From NCBI GenBank assembly GCA_017429525.1, contig JAFROT010000030.1:113776-177775 (forward strand): a DNA stretch of 64,000 nt, read 5' to 3'. The notes under the pieces are model-generated. The model was not told the origin of the DNA. It saw only the letters and a list, made by a program, of their open reading frames with translations, and searched no databases. Positions 37,504 to 45,679 of the stretch are shown here, piece after piece. Position 1 is the stretch's first letter. Each line of letters opens with the position of its first letter. This stretch comes from Bacteroidaceae bacterium (GTDB lineage Bacteria > Bacteroidota > Bacteroidia > Bacteroidales > Bacteroidaceae). Made by a program: the position numbers and the translations under genes.

Positions 37504-40416
37504 TCATTTGTTATACAGCAGTTGTCCGTCAGCCTCTTGGCCTTCAGCCTCAACGAGGATGCTGGTTTGCTGGCTGTTGTTGTAGAAGGTGACGTTCGCT
37601 CGGCCATCGTCGTCGAGTTGCAGGTCGGGATTCCAGTAGAGCGTGCGACGGTAGTCCTTCTGACCCTCCACTGGCGGGTTGCGCTGATAGTCGGGATGGT
37701 AAAAGTCTTCCTGATAAGCGAATCCTGGCAGGATGTAGCGGCGGTCACGATAAGTTACCCGGCGTGCCCAGTCAGGGTAGCGGTGAAGCGACACCTCCAC
37801 GCTGGGCTGGTTGCCCTGTTCGTAACGCTCATCACCCTCGCGACGAGGCGAGTAATCGGAGTAGACATACACTTTATCCAGATATTCCAGACGTTGGTAG
37901 CGTCTCTTGTCGCCACGCGGCATGAACGGTGGCGTAAATCTACTCATTGCGTCCTCATCCTTGCTCACGAAACGCATAGGCAACGAGTCGAAGTAGAGCT
38001 TGAAGTCGTAGAAACGGTTCATACCCATATCACCGATATAGAGGCTGGCAGTCTGCGTGCCGAGGTCGTCGGAATTGGAATAGTGCGTCATCAGCCCGGC
38101 ATCCATAATTTCATTGAACACGGCATAAGCATCTTTCACATAGGCGGGCTTGGAGAGGTCTATGCGCCGCTTACCTCCATGACTGGCACGTACGATGACT
38201 TGTTCCAGTAGATGATCCCCATCTGTCGTGAGCGCTGATGGGAGGACATCTTCACGTAATGAGGCATTATGTACTTGATAGTAAGTGTAAGGTTTGACAA
38301 AACGGGGATAAGGGAAGTTCAGACGGACATAGTATTCGGGAAATGTCTTCAGCCGATCGTTTTCGTCTGCCTCCATCTCCACCCAGTTGAACGTCTTGTT
38401 TTTGCTCCACTTTGCCGTGTCGCTGGCTGCGAGGAAGAAGACGCACTCGCCCTCAAAGCGAGGCAGTTCCATACGGAAGGCACCACCGCGTGTCTCCACA
38501 TCGCCCACGATGCCATTCTTAGGATCATCGGGATGGAAGAACTCAGCATGTACGCGCACCTCACGTCTCAGATTGCCCCGCTCGATGAAGCGACGTTCAC
38601 TCTCCCTGACGCGCTCCCTCTGCTCGGATGACTCATGCGTCAGCGCATTGTACGACCGATTGTCAATCGCCTGATTTCCGAAACCGTCATTGTCTACACG
38701 GCTCCGCTCCACAACGCTACTGGAGGGACGTAACCCAAACGTTCGTTCGCCATCATATTGCTTTTCAGTTCCAATGCCATCGAGCAGCAGATAGTGGGAC
38801 TCCAGTGCTGCAGCATAGTCCTCATCCTCCTCAGCATACGTATTGTAGCGGTTGACGGTACCCGTCACCATCTGTGTCTGCTCTGCGGGATGTGTCAGTT
38901 CGAAGGCACCACTGACAGCCATGTCCTGCCAGTTGAAACGGCGCCAACCCTGCGTCAGCATCAGCAGGTCGAGCCCACGACGATGCTCCTCGTCGTCCTT
39001 CTCGAAGAACCACTCCGCCTGTGGCACGAAGCCCTTGATTTCCGATGCCAGCAACATCTCTGTCATGATATTGCCGCTATCGAATGTCACATCCGTGTGG
39101 GCGGCATCGCGGACGGCGAGAGAGAAGTAAGACGCTGAATGAGAAGCATTGGCTGAGGATGTCTTCGTTTTCGCTATCGTCAACGCTACTTTTTCGAATG
39201 GCTTGTATTGATCCTTTACGCCGTTGATGGCCAACGTTGGCGTCATCATATCCGTGGACGTGACGAAGAAAAGACGGTCGGCATACACCCGGCCGTCTGC
39301 ATCGAAGACCGTCAGTTGGTGGACACCAGGGGAAGTAGTGGGAAGTTGAAAGACAAAAGAGTTAGACGATTGAGTGTCAGCATTGCCTAATGTCTCGAAA
39401 TGCTCGAGGACACCTTCACGCATCACCGTCACCCCCAGTTGTTTCTCCTGCGTCTTGCCGCAGACATAGATCTCAGCCTGCCACTCACCGCTGTGCTGAT
39501 GCAACTGCAGTGCTACGCCTTCGGCCACAACAGTTTTGATTTCCTGACGAACTTGCGCGCCGTCGTTGCTCGCAGTGAACACCACTTCGTAGTTCTGTCC
39601 CGCTTCAGGTGTGAACGTGAATGTACCTCGCCCACGGTTTTCGCTCGTCACGAAATCCACGGTCTCACCTTGATTGTTTTCTATTTTCTGATTCTCATTT
39701 TTCACCCTGATTGCTAGTGAGCCTTCGCGAACCTCACCCTCGTTCGTTGCCACCTCGAAAGCGACGCGGCACGGCACACCTGCTACGAGGTTACCACCCT
39801 CGGGGAATAACGACAACCGCAGCTGGGGCTGCGAAGGGGCATCCTTGAAGTAACGGCGTAGCGGGCGAAGTGTCATATCTTTGTAGAAATCACCCGCTTC
39901 CTTAGGTTTGTCATAAACAGGGAACACGCGCGAGTAAAGCTTGTCGTAGTCACGGTAATAGTCCTTTGCCATGCCTTTGTTGTAAAAGCTCAGTTCTCGT
40001 GTCCAGCGATGCGCATGCTCCGTCTGGCCCCAGTTCAGCTGCCAGCGTGTGTACGCACGCAATTCGAAATACCCACTATAGAGCGAATCGGGTAAGGCGA
40101 AGAAGCCATGCCCTCGACCGTCTTGCATCTCGATCAGCTTACGCTCAACGAGGTAGCCATCGTGGTTCCATAGTTCGGCATACAACACACGCGAGATCTT
40201 GCTTGGGCGGTCGCCATTCGTCCGCCGCGTGTAGGCAGCAAACCAGATGGTGTCGCCGAGATAGTAGCTTGTATTATCCATGTGTACATAAACCTTCTCT
40301 TGCGGAATGCGCTCCCCAAAGAGGCGCAACCGCTGCGTGAGGCTGTCCATGCAGCTCTCTGCGGAGGCCGCGAATGTGCTGAGTAGAGTCAGCATACTGA
40401 CGAAAATAGTCTTCAT
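37504..40416 (-). CDS. large secreted protein with MG2/alpha-2-macroglobulin-like N-terminal region
   Basis: Signal MKTIFVSMLTLLSTFAASA. QEKVYVHMDNTSYYLGDTIWFAAYT...VLYAELWNHDGYLV...GYFELRAYTRW pattern. Host-like GC. Family call made from memory only. Confidence 0.55.
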   Translation of the reverse strand: MKTIFVSMLTLLSTFAASAESCMDSLTQRLRLFGERIPQEKVYVHMDNTSYYLGDTIWFAAYTRRTNGDRPSKISRVLYAELWNHDGYLVERKLIEMQDGRGHGFFALPDSLYSGYFELRAYTRWQLNWGQTEHAHRWTRELSFYNKGMAKDYYRDYDKLYSRVFPVYDKPKEAGDFYKDMTLRPLRRYFKDAPSQPQLRLSLFPEGGNLVAGVPCRVAFEVATNEGEVREGSLAIRVKNENQKIENNQGETVDFVTSENRGRGTFTFTPEAGQNYEVVFTASNDGAQVRQEIKTVVAEGVALQLHQHSGEWQAEIYVCGKTQEKQLGVTVMREGVLEHFETLGNADTQSSNSFVFQLPTTSPGVHQLTVFDADGRVYADRLFFVTSTDMMTPTLAINGVKDQYKPFEKVALTIAKTKTSSANASHSASYFSLAVRDAAHTDVTFDSGNIMTEMLLASEIKGFVPQAEWFFEKDDEEHRRGLDLLMLTQGWRRFNWQDMAVSGAFELTHPAEQTQMVTGTVNRYNTYAEEDEDYAAALESHYLLLDGIGTEKQYDGERTFGLRPSSSVVERSRVDNDGFGNQAIDNRSYNALTHESSEQRERVRESERRFIERGNLRREVRVHAEFFHPDDPKNGIVGDVETRGGAFRMELPRFEGECVFFLAASDTAKWSKNKTFNWVEMEADENDRLKTFPEYYVRLNFPYPRFVKPYTYYQVHNASLREDVLPSALTTDGDHLLEQVIVRASHGGKRRIDLSKPAYVKDAYAVFNEIMDAGLMTHYSNSDDLGTQTASLYIGDMGMNRFYDFKLYFDSLPMRFVSKDEDAMSRFTPPFMPRGDKRRYQRLEYLDKVYVYSDYSPRREGDERYEQGNQPSVEVSLHRYPDWARRVTYRDRRYILPGFAYQEDFYHPDYQRNPPVEGQKDYRRTLYWNPDLQLDDDGRANVTFYNNSQQTSILVEAEGQEADGQLLYNK

Positions 40417-40457
40417 AGTCGTAGGCTTTTTAGATTGGTTAGACATGATTTCGACGG

Positions 40458-40465
40458 CAAAGGTA
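40458..40465 (-). promoter_or_regulatory. -7 box (TAccTTTG) for the 970-aa gene
   Basis: Plus-strand caaaggta, only 12 nt from the listed ATG at 40446, so the ATG at 40416 is the likely start. Confidence 0.45.
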
Positions 40466-40820
40466 CGGACTTTTCAGTCACCCGTCAAGCATCTAGTGTG
40501 GAAAAATGAAATGAAAGAAAAGTTATTTAAGCCGCTCTTTTTTTATCAATTATCCTTGTATGCTTACATTAATACTGTGGAAATCGTATCTTTATTATAG
40601 CTCATATTATTGGAAAAATCAGTCCTACTGGATTGTATGTGAGTTCAGGTATAGGACATTAAAAGCCAAATCTTATCTGTAGTAAAGGAATAGACTATTG
40701 GCCGAGGCATTTGAACAATGATCATAATTTACATTTTTCCGATAAAAGTGACTCACGCCTAACCCAGCAGAACTGATTATTATATTAAAATTAATATATA
40801 GAATAATCCACACAATGAAA

Positions 40821-41471
40821 TTACACAGTAGGCAAAGTATATTCAGCCCCTTGTTGATTAGATGTGTTTCGAATTATTACTTTAATACCTCCTTCTACTT
40901 CTTCAAAATGATAGGCAATATACATTAGACCTACATGTTGACTAAGCATAGTACTTCTAGCCCAATTAAAGAAATTCGTCATTTCAATAGAGTTTTTTTC
41001 TAAGCCTGATTGACCAGCAGCTTCATTCACAATTTGTTCCAACCATACTTGATTCACATTTGGTTCATCATCTGTACTAAAACCGAATAATGTTGAATAT
41101 TCAGACACATAATCCCAAGATACTTTGAATTGCTTATCTGAATAAAAAGACATCAATGCTTGATAGTAGTTATTCTCATCTGAAACACCATAAGCAATCT
41201 GATAGTCAATGTCAGACATCACTGTTCCCCAATTTACACTTGATGATGTTCCAGAATAGTCTTCAAAATAATTAAGGAATTCATCAATATCAGGATAAGA
41301 GTCACTTGGGAAATAAGAAGGATTACCATAAAGTGCAATCATCTCCTCATAAGAGAGATAAGCATCCTCCCCGTCTAAGCTCATTCCACCTACCAGACTT
41401 TTACTCTGAGTAGAGCTTACAACTTTGTAGTTCTTTGCGAGTTGCTCCAATGAATAGCTTTTAATTTTCAT
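40821..41471 (-). CDS. 216-aa acidic protein with double-glycine-type leader (candidate PCAT cargo)
   Basis: N-terminus MKIKSYSLEQLAKNYKVVSSTQSKSLVGG|MSLDGED. No Sec signal, TM helix or Cys. The mature part is rich in D/E/Y/S. AT-rich gene 28 nt downstream of the GT14-MT gene. Confidence 0.6.
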   Translation of the reverse strand: MKIKSYSLEQLAKNYKVVSSTQSKSLVGGMSLDGEDAYLSYEEMIALYGNPSYFPSDSYPDIDEFLNYFEDYSGTSSSVNWGTVMSDIDYQIAYGVSDENNYYQALMSFYSDKQFKVSWDYVSEYSTLFGFSTDDEPNVNQVWLEQIVNEAAGQSGLEKNSIEMTNFFNWARSTMLSQHVGLMYIAYHFEEVEGGIKVIIRNTSNQQGAEYTLPTV

Positions 41472-41499
41472 AATTTTATTATTTTAAAATGATTAATAG

Positions 41500-42945
41500 C
41501 TACCTCGCCAATAGCAGCGAGAGTTTATGATTTCTTACTAAATTCTGATTCAAAATAGATGTGCCAAGTTCATCTTTTTTGAAGCCCAACTCTTGAAACG
41601 ATATTTCGTATTCATTAATGCTTTTTAAACCCTTTTTAAAAGATTGAAAAGCCTCTATAATCAAGATATATCGTTTTGAAAGACGAGCAATATTTTGTAC
41701 CGCTTTATCCCTGAACTGCATAGGAATACAGCTCAGTGTATCCATACTTAATACGAGGTCAAAAGGGGAATCTACTTCTATATTATCTGTTAAATCTGCT
41801 ACCCCACACAACTCATCATTTTTGGGGAGTAACAAAGATGACAACTTTGGAGTATATGGATTTGCATCATAACCAGCCGTTGGGATCCCTCTTTTTCTTA
41901 GAGCTGCTGTATAGAAACCTGCTCCACATCCAATATCCAGCACATTTAGTATTTTCAAGGAGCGACACGTTTTATAGATCTCACGAAGAATATTATAATC
42001 ATAAGAATACCGCATAAGACCATCGTATCTCCAGCCACCAGTTTTAGTAACTTCGTATGCAGACTGTTTTAGTAAGTAGGTATCTATATTGTGGACTAAG
42101 TCCGCACAAATTGGATACTCCATCTTTCGTGCAAAATAGAAATCTTTGGATGATGCCAACGCATGAAAATGCTTCATTCCCAGATTTGCAGGACAATTCC
42201 CATTCTCTTCTCTCCAAATGATAAATCGAAGATCTGAGGGTACGATTCTACTTTTCCCAACAATATTTACCAATACCGTTGCAATGTAATATTCCTCTGC
42301 AGCAAAAGTCCAACGAGCACGATGATAAAAAGAAGGATGTTGCGATGTATAGTGAATAATTGCTTTGGTTGCTTCATAAGTTATAGAAAACCATTGTGTA
42401 CTTCCATAAAGATGGTCAAACTGATCTGGAATACGCCGTTTGATTCCCAACTTATGTTCTAAGTTAATTATTTTTTGCATCCACTTTATAGCGTCTTTGC
42501 TTTCTTTATTTATATAATCATAAGGGAAATAGTATTGGAATCTAGAAAACGTATATTGATCCCAACGAGGATTTGGAATATTTGCATAACGAATAAATTC
42601 TTTGCCCTGTTTCTTTTCAAAAAAAGAGAGAAATTCATCAAGTGGTTTAATTGGGTAATCTTGCCCACTTATGAGATGAATATAATCGTAGCCACCATCC
42701 TTCACCACTTGTCGAAGTAAAAAAATTTCTGTTTTAAGAATGCTATGTCCCCCCCAGTGAACATTATACTTTCGATACACTGCACGAACTTGTGATATAC
42801 AAGCTATTGAAGATAATTCTTCATCTGAAATAACAGCTTTCTTGTCAATATGTACATAAATAGAGCAGTCCTTAATAAAATACTCTATCAAGTGGCGAAG
42901 CTGACCAAAGTCTTTGTGCGCTAATATCAAAATGGCATGTTTCAT
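41500..42945 (-). CDS. GT14 (core-2/I-branching type) glycosyltransferase fused to a class I SAM-dependent methyltransferase
   Basis: N-terminal half MKHAILILAHKDFGQLRHLIEYF...YVHIDKK...VHWGGHSILKTE...HLISGQDYPIKP. C-terminal half VLDIGCGAGFYTAALRKRG...FDLVLSMDTL. Confidence 0.75.
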   Translation of the reverse strand: MKHAILILAHKDFGQLRHLIEYFIKDCSIYVHIDKKAVISDEELSSIACISQVRAVYRKYNVHWGGHSILKTEIFLLRQVVKDGGYDYIHLISGQDYPIKPLDEFLSFFEKKQGKEFIRYANIPNPRWDQYTFSRFQYYFPYDYINKESKDAIKWMQKIINLEHKLGIKRRIPDQFDHLYGSTQWFSITYEATKAIIHYTSQHPSFYHRARWTFAAEEYYIATVLVNIVGKSRIVPSDLRFIIWREENGNCPANLGMKHFHALASSKDFYFARKMEYPICADLVHNIDTYLLKQSAYEVTKTGGWRYDGLMRYSYDYNILREIYKTCRSLKILNVLDIGCGAGFYTAALRKRGIPTAGYDANPYTPKLSSLLLPKNDELCGVADLTDNIEVDSPFDLVLSMDTLSCIPMQFRDKAVQNIARLSKRYILIIEAFQSFKKGLKSINEYEISFQELGFKKDELGTSILNQNLVRNHKLSLLLAR

Positions 42946-43017
42946 TGCAAACTTCTATAGCTATTCCTAATGATGATTGAAACACTTTTACATAAATTTT
43001 TGGGAGAAACCGAGCTT

Positions 43018-43392
43018 CTATAGCTCGATCTCTCCGATGAAACTTTGTTCACCACGTACGACTTCAATGAGGTAAGTGCCACAAAGTTCTGACGGCAGTA
43101 TGATATACGTCTCGTCAGCGGGGACATAGGTGGTATAAACGATTTGCTCGTCACCATTCTCATCTTCCTCCTTAATATATACCGTGAACGCGCAGGAATC
43201 CCAGAAGTAGAGAGTATGGTCTTCAAGACTGACGGAAGGAACACGGATAGGAGCGCGACTATAACCAGGTTCTGGATCTGTATAAGTGATGGGGCCATCG
43301 AGCACCAACGGTATACGATTATCAATTGAATCACCTGCGAAGGTGTTCAGGGCTGCCAGAGTGAGGCAGAGGGATAGGAAAAGTCTCTTCAT
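43018..43392 (-). CDS. DUF3244-like small secreted beta-sandwich protein
   Basis: Signal MKRLFLSLCLTLAALNTFAG. LEDHTLYFWDSCAFTVYIKEED...CGTYLIEVVRGEQSFIGEIEL pattern. Confidence 0.6.
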   Translation of the reverse strand: MKRLFLSLCLTLAALNTFAGDSIDNRIPLVLDGPITYTDPEPGYSRAPIRVPSVSLEDHTLYFWDSCAFTVYIKEEDENGDEQIVYTTYVPADETYIILPSELCGTYLIEVVRGEQSFIGEIEL

Positions 43393-43461
43393 AGTTTTGA
43401 TGAGTTTGTTTGAAATAGGTAAATAATGATTTTAAGTTAAATGGATTTCCGCAATCCGTTG

Positions 43462-43469
43462 CAAAGGTA
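43462..43469 (-). promoter_or_regulatory. -7 box (TAccTTTG) for the DUF3244/GT14-MT/GG-protein operon
   Basis: Plus-strand caaaggta, 70 nt upstream of the ATG at 43392. Confidence 0.5.
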
Positions 43470-43588
43470 TAGCGATGCGACGAAAAAAAATTTCACAATA
43501 TTTCAATTCTCACTTTTCGATTTCACAATATTTCACTCGCAAAGAGAAAAAAGTGGCCGTAAGAGATTGGGATTCCGTGAATTCTATG

Positions 43589-43596
43589 TATCTTTG
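43589..43596 (+). promoter_or_regulatory. -7 box (TAtcTTTG) for the TPR-HTH regulator
   Basis: tatctttg, 25 nt upstream of the ATG at 43621. Confidence 0.5.
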
Positions 43597-43620
43597 CGCA
43601 TCCACAAAAAAGTTTCGATC

Positions 43621-45303
43621 ATGAACCGCTTTATATCTATCTTTTGTTGTGTTTTTCTCTTGACAGGATGTCAGGAACGCTCCATCAAGAGCGATCTTGA
43701 TGTCTACGAGAGCAACCTCGAAAAGACTCCGAAGGCCATCTATGAGATCCTGAATGGCCTACAACCGACGAACGATGGAGACCGCGCACGCCACGCCTTG
43801 CTGACTATTAAGGCGAAGAACTTGGCCTATATCCCGTTGGAGGGGAAAGATACCATCGCTATCTTAGATGCCATCGACTATTACCAGAGACGCAGCGTCA
43901 CGGAACAGGTGATGCTGGGGTACTACCTTCTCGGCAGTATCTACCGGGACTTGGGGGATGCGCCACGAGGCGTGGAGGCTTTCACAAGAGTGATTGAGGT
44001 CGCAGACACCACACGGAAGGACTGCAACTACAGACTGATGGCAAGAGCAGAGGCGCAGAAAAGTAATCTGCAATCAGCCCAAAGTGTTCTGCCAAAAGCT
44101 ATTGAATCATCCTATCGTGCAGAATATTACGCAAGGATGGCAAAAGACACTTCCTATGTGTTTGAACTCGCTTTAGGAACTATAGGTTTATCAATGCTCA
44201 ATGGGAACCCCAAACCTTTATTGGAGGAAGCACCGCTCCTTATGGAAAAATGCCTGGAATTTGGTGATACAGCAATTGCTCTCGGCTACGCCAAGGCTTG
44301 GGCTTGGTATTACCTACAATTAGGAATTGTAGATAAAGCAGAGCAGTTGGTTGCCTTCTATGACCAATTTAATGGCACCCCCTATCCCATCTACTACGGC
44401 ACTAAGGGAGAACTCTATCTGGCTCGTCACCAGGTGGATTCGGCTGAAAGATGCTTCCGCAAAGAGCTGAAGGCCACGGACTGGAACAACAGGCAAACAG
44501 CCTATCGAGGACTGAAGAAGGTGTTCGAGCAGCGGCATCAAGCGGACTCGGCGCTGAAATATGCAACCTTGCAATGTGATGCCGTAGACAGCGACTACTA
44601 CCATAAGGTATCCGATGCCATCATACAGATGGAGCACGTCTATAACTATGAGGCAGCGAAGGAACAGGCTCGGCGCAGCGAGATGGCACAACAGCGAATG
44701 AGGTGGACAATAGGATGGATCGTGATGGCAATGGCAGTAGCCGCGTTGGCTGCCCTGCTCGCATTCCGCACCTACCGTGACCGACAACGGCGCCGACTGC
44801 TCCAGGAGGAGGCGAAGAACGAAGCCATCAGGGCACAACTGGCAGAAAAAGACAAGCAGTTGGCGCTGGAGGAGAACCGAAGGATGAAGAAACTGCTGGA
44901 TTACCAGAAGAAGATGGAAGGGATGCAGGCCACCATCGAGGAGTTCCGTGAAGAGGTGCGGTCGTTAGATGCCTTAGGCGACGGCGTACGACAGATGCGC
45001 AAGCAACTGGAAAGCGGGAAGCATGCCTCGATCCGCAACTGGGAGGCACTGCAGCATCAGGTGGTCAGACTGCACCCCGACTTCGTCAAGACGTTGCGCA
45101 AGGAGATCAACCCTCTACAGGCGAACGACCTCCATCTGGCGTTGCTCATCAAGATGGGATTCAAGCCGAGCGAGATTGCCGTACTCATGGACAAGTCGCC
45201 CTCCAGCATCTCGATGGCACGCACCCGCCTCTACGCCAAGCGCTTCGGCACCAACCCGCCAACGCCCGAAGCCTTAGACGAATGGATTGAAGAGATAGAA
45301 TGA
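43621..45303 (+). CDS. transmembrane TPR sensor with cytoplasmic coiled coil and C-terminal HTH
   Basis: Lipoprotein-like signal MNRFISIFCCVFLLTGCQ. TPR-like repeats. TM WTIGWIVMAMAVAALAALLAF. Heptad-rich segment. C-terminal LHLALLIKMGFKPSEIAVLMDKSPSSISMARTRLYAKRFG. Confidence 0.7.
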   Translation: MNRFISIFCCVFLLTGCQERSIKSDLDVYESNLEKTPKAIYEILNGLQPTNDGDRARHALLTIKAKNLAYIPLEGKDTIAILDAIDYYQRRSVTEQVMLGYYLLGSIYRDLGDAPRGVEAFTRVIEVADTTRKDCNYRLMARAEAQKSNLQSAQSVLPKAIESSYRAEYYARMAKDTSYVFELALGTIGLSMLNGNPKPLLEEAPLLMEKCLEFGDTAIALGYAKAWAWYYLQLGIVDKAEQLVAFYDQFNGTPYPIYYGTKGELYLARHQVDSAERCFRKELKATDWNNRQTAYRGLKKVFEQRHQADSALKYATLQCDAVDSDYYHKVSDAIIQMEHVYNYEAAKEQARRSEMAQQRMRWTIGWIVMAMAVAALAALLAFRTYRDRQRRRLLQEEAKNEAIRAQLAEKDKQLALEENRRMKKLLDYQKKMEGMQATIEEFREEVRSLDALGDGVRQMRKQLESGKHASIRNWEALQHQVVRLHPDFVKTLRKEINPLQANDLHLALLIKMGFKPSEIAVLMDKSPSSISMARTRLYAKRFGTNPPTPEALDEWIEEIE

Positions 45304-45632
45304 GAACGAAAAAGAAAAACGGGAATGTGCTTTGCGCAGAAATCGCGCAAACGTTTTGATGAGGAAAATAAATGCGTTTTTTGACTTAGGAAAGTAAATG
45401 GGATTCACCTCGACGAAGAAATCAAACAAAATCGATAACAAAATCAAACAAAGATTATTTTTGACGAAGAAAGTAAATACGCAGGAATGCGCAGTAAATG
45501 ATTTCAGTAAATAGATGTTATTCAAGTTTCGGTTGTTCTACATGGGTCGGCCGAGCGCTCGCCGCAGACGACCCCATTCCATCTTTATACTCTTTTTTCT
45601 GCGTTTTCTAATTCACTTTTGAAAATAATGCG

Positions 45633-45640
45633 TACCTTTG
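45633..45640 (+). promoter_or_regulatory. -7 box (TAccTTTG) for nadB
   Basis: tacctttg overlaps the listed start at 45638, so the ATG at 45680 is the likely start. Confidence 0.5.
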
Positions 45641-45679
45641 TGCCGTAAAAAGTCAATTCCTTTAACTTACAACAAATCG

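Noticed and set aside
37447-38211. 254-aa plus-strand ORF
   Set aside because: Antisense to the 3' part of the 970-aa secreted protein gene, with no motifs.
40508-40597. 29-aa plus-strand ORF MKEKLFKPLFFYQLSLYAYINTVEIVSLL as a small peptide gene near the cargo operon
   Set aside because: It has no GG motif, no promoter box and no conservation evidence. It lies in an AT-rich spacer where short ORFs arise by chance.
42942-43334. 130-aa minus-strand ORF overlapping the DUF3244-like gene
   Set aside because: It is an alternative frame of the same region. The 43018..43392 frame has a signal peptide and a recognisable family pattern.
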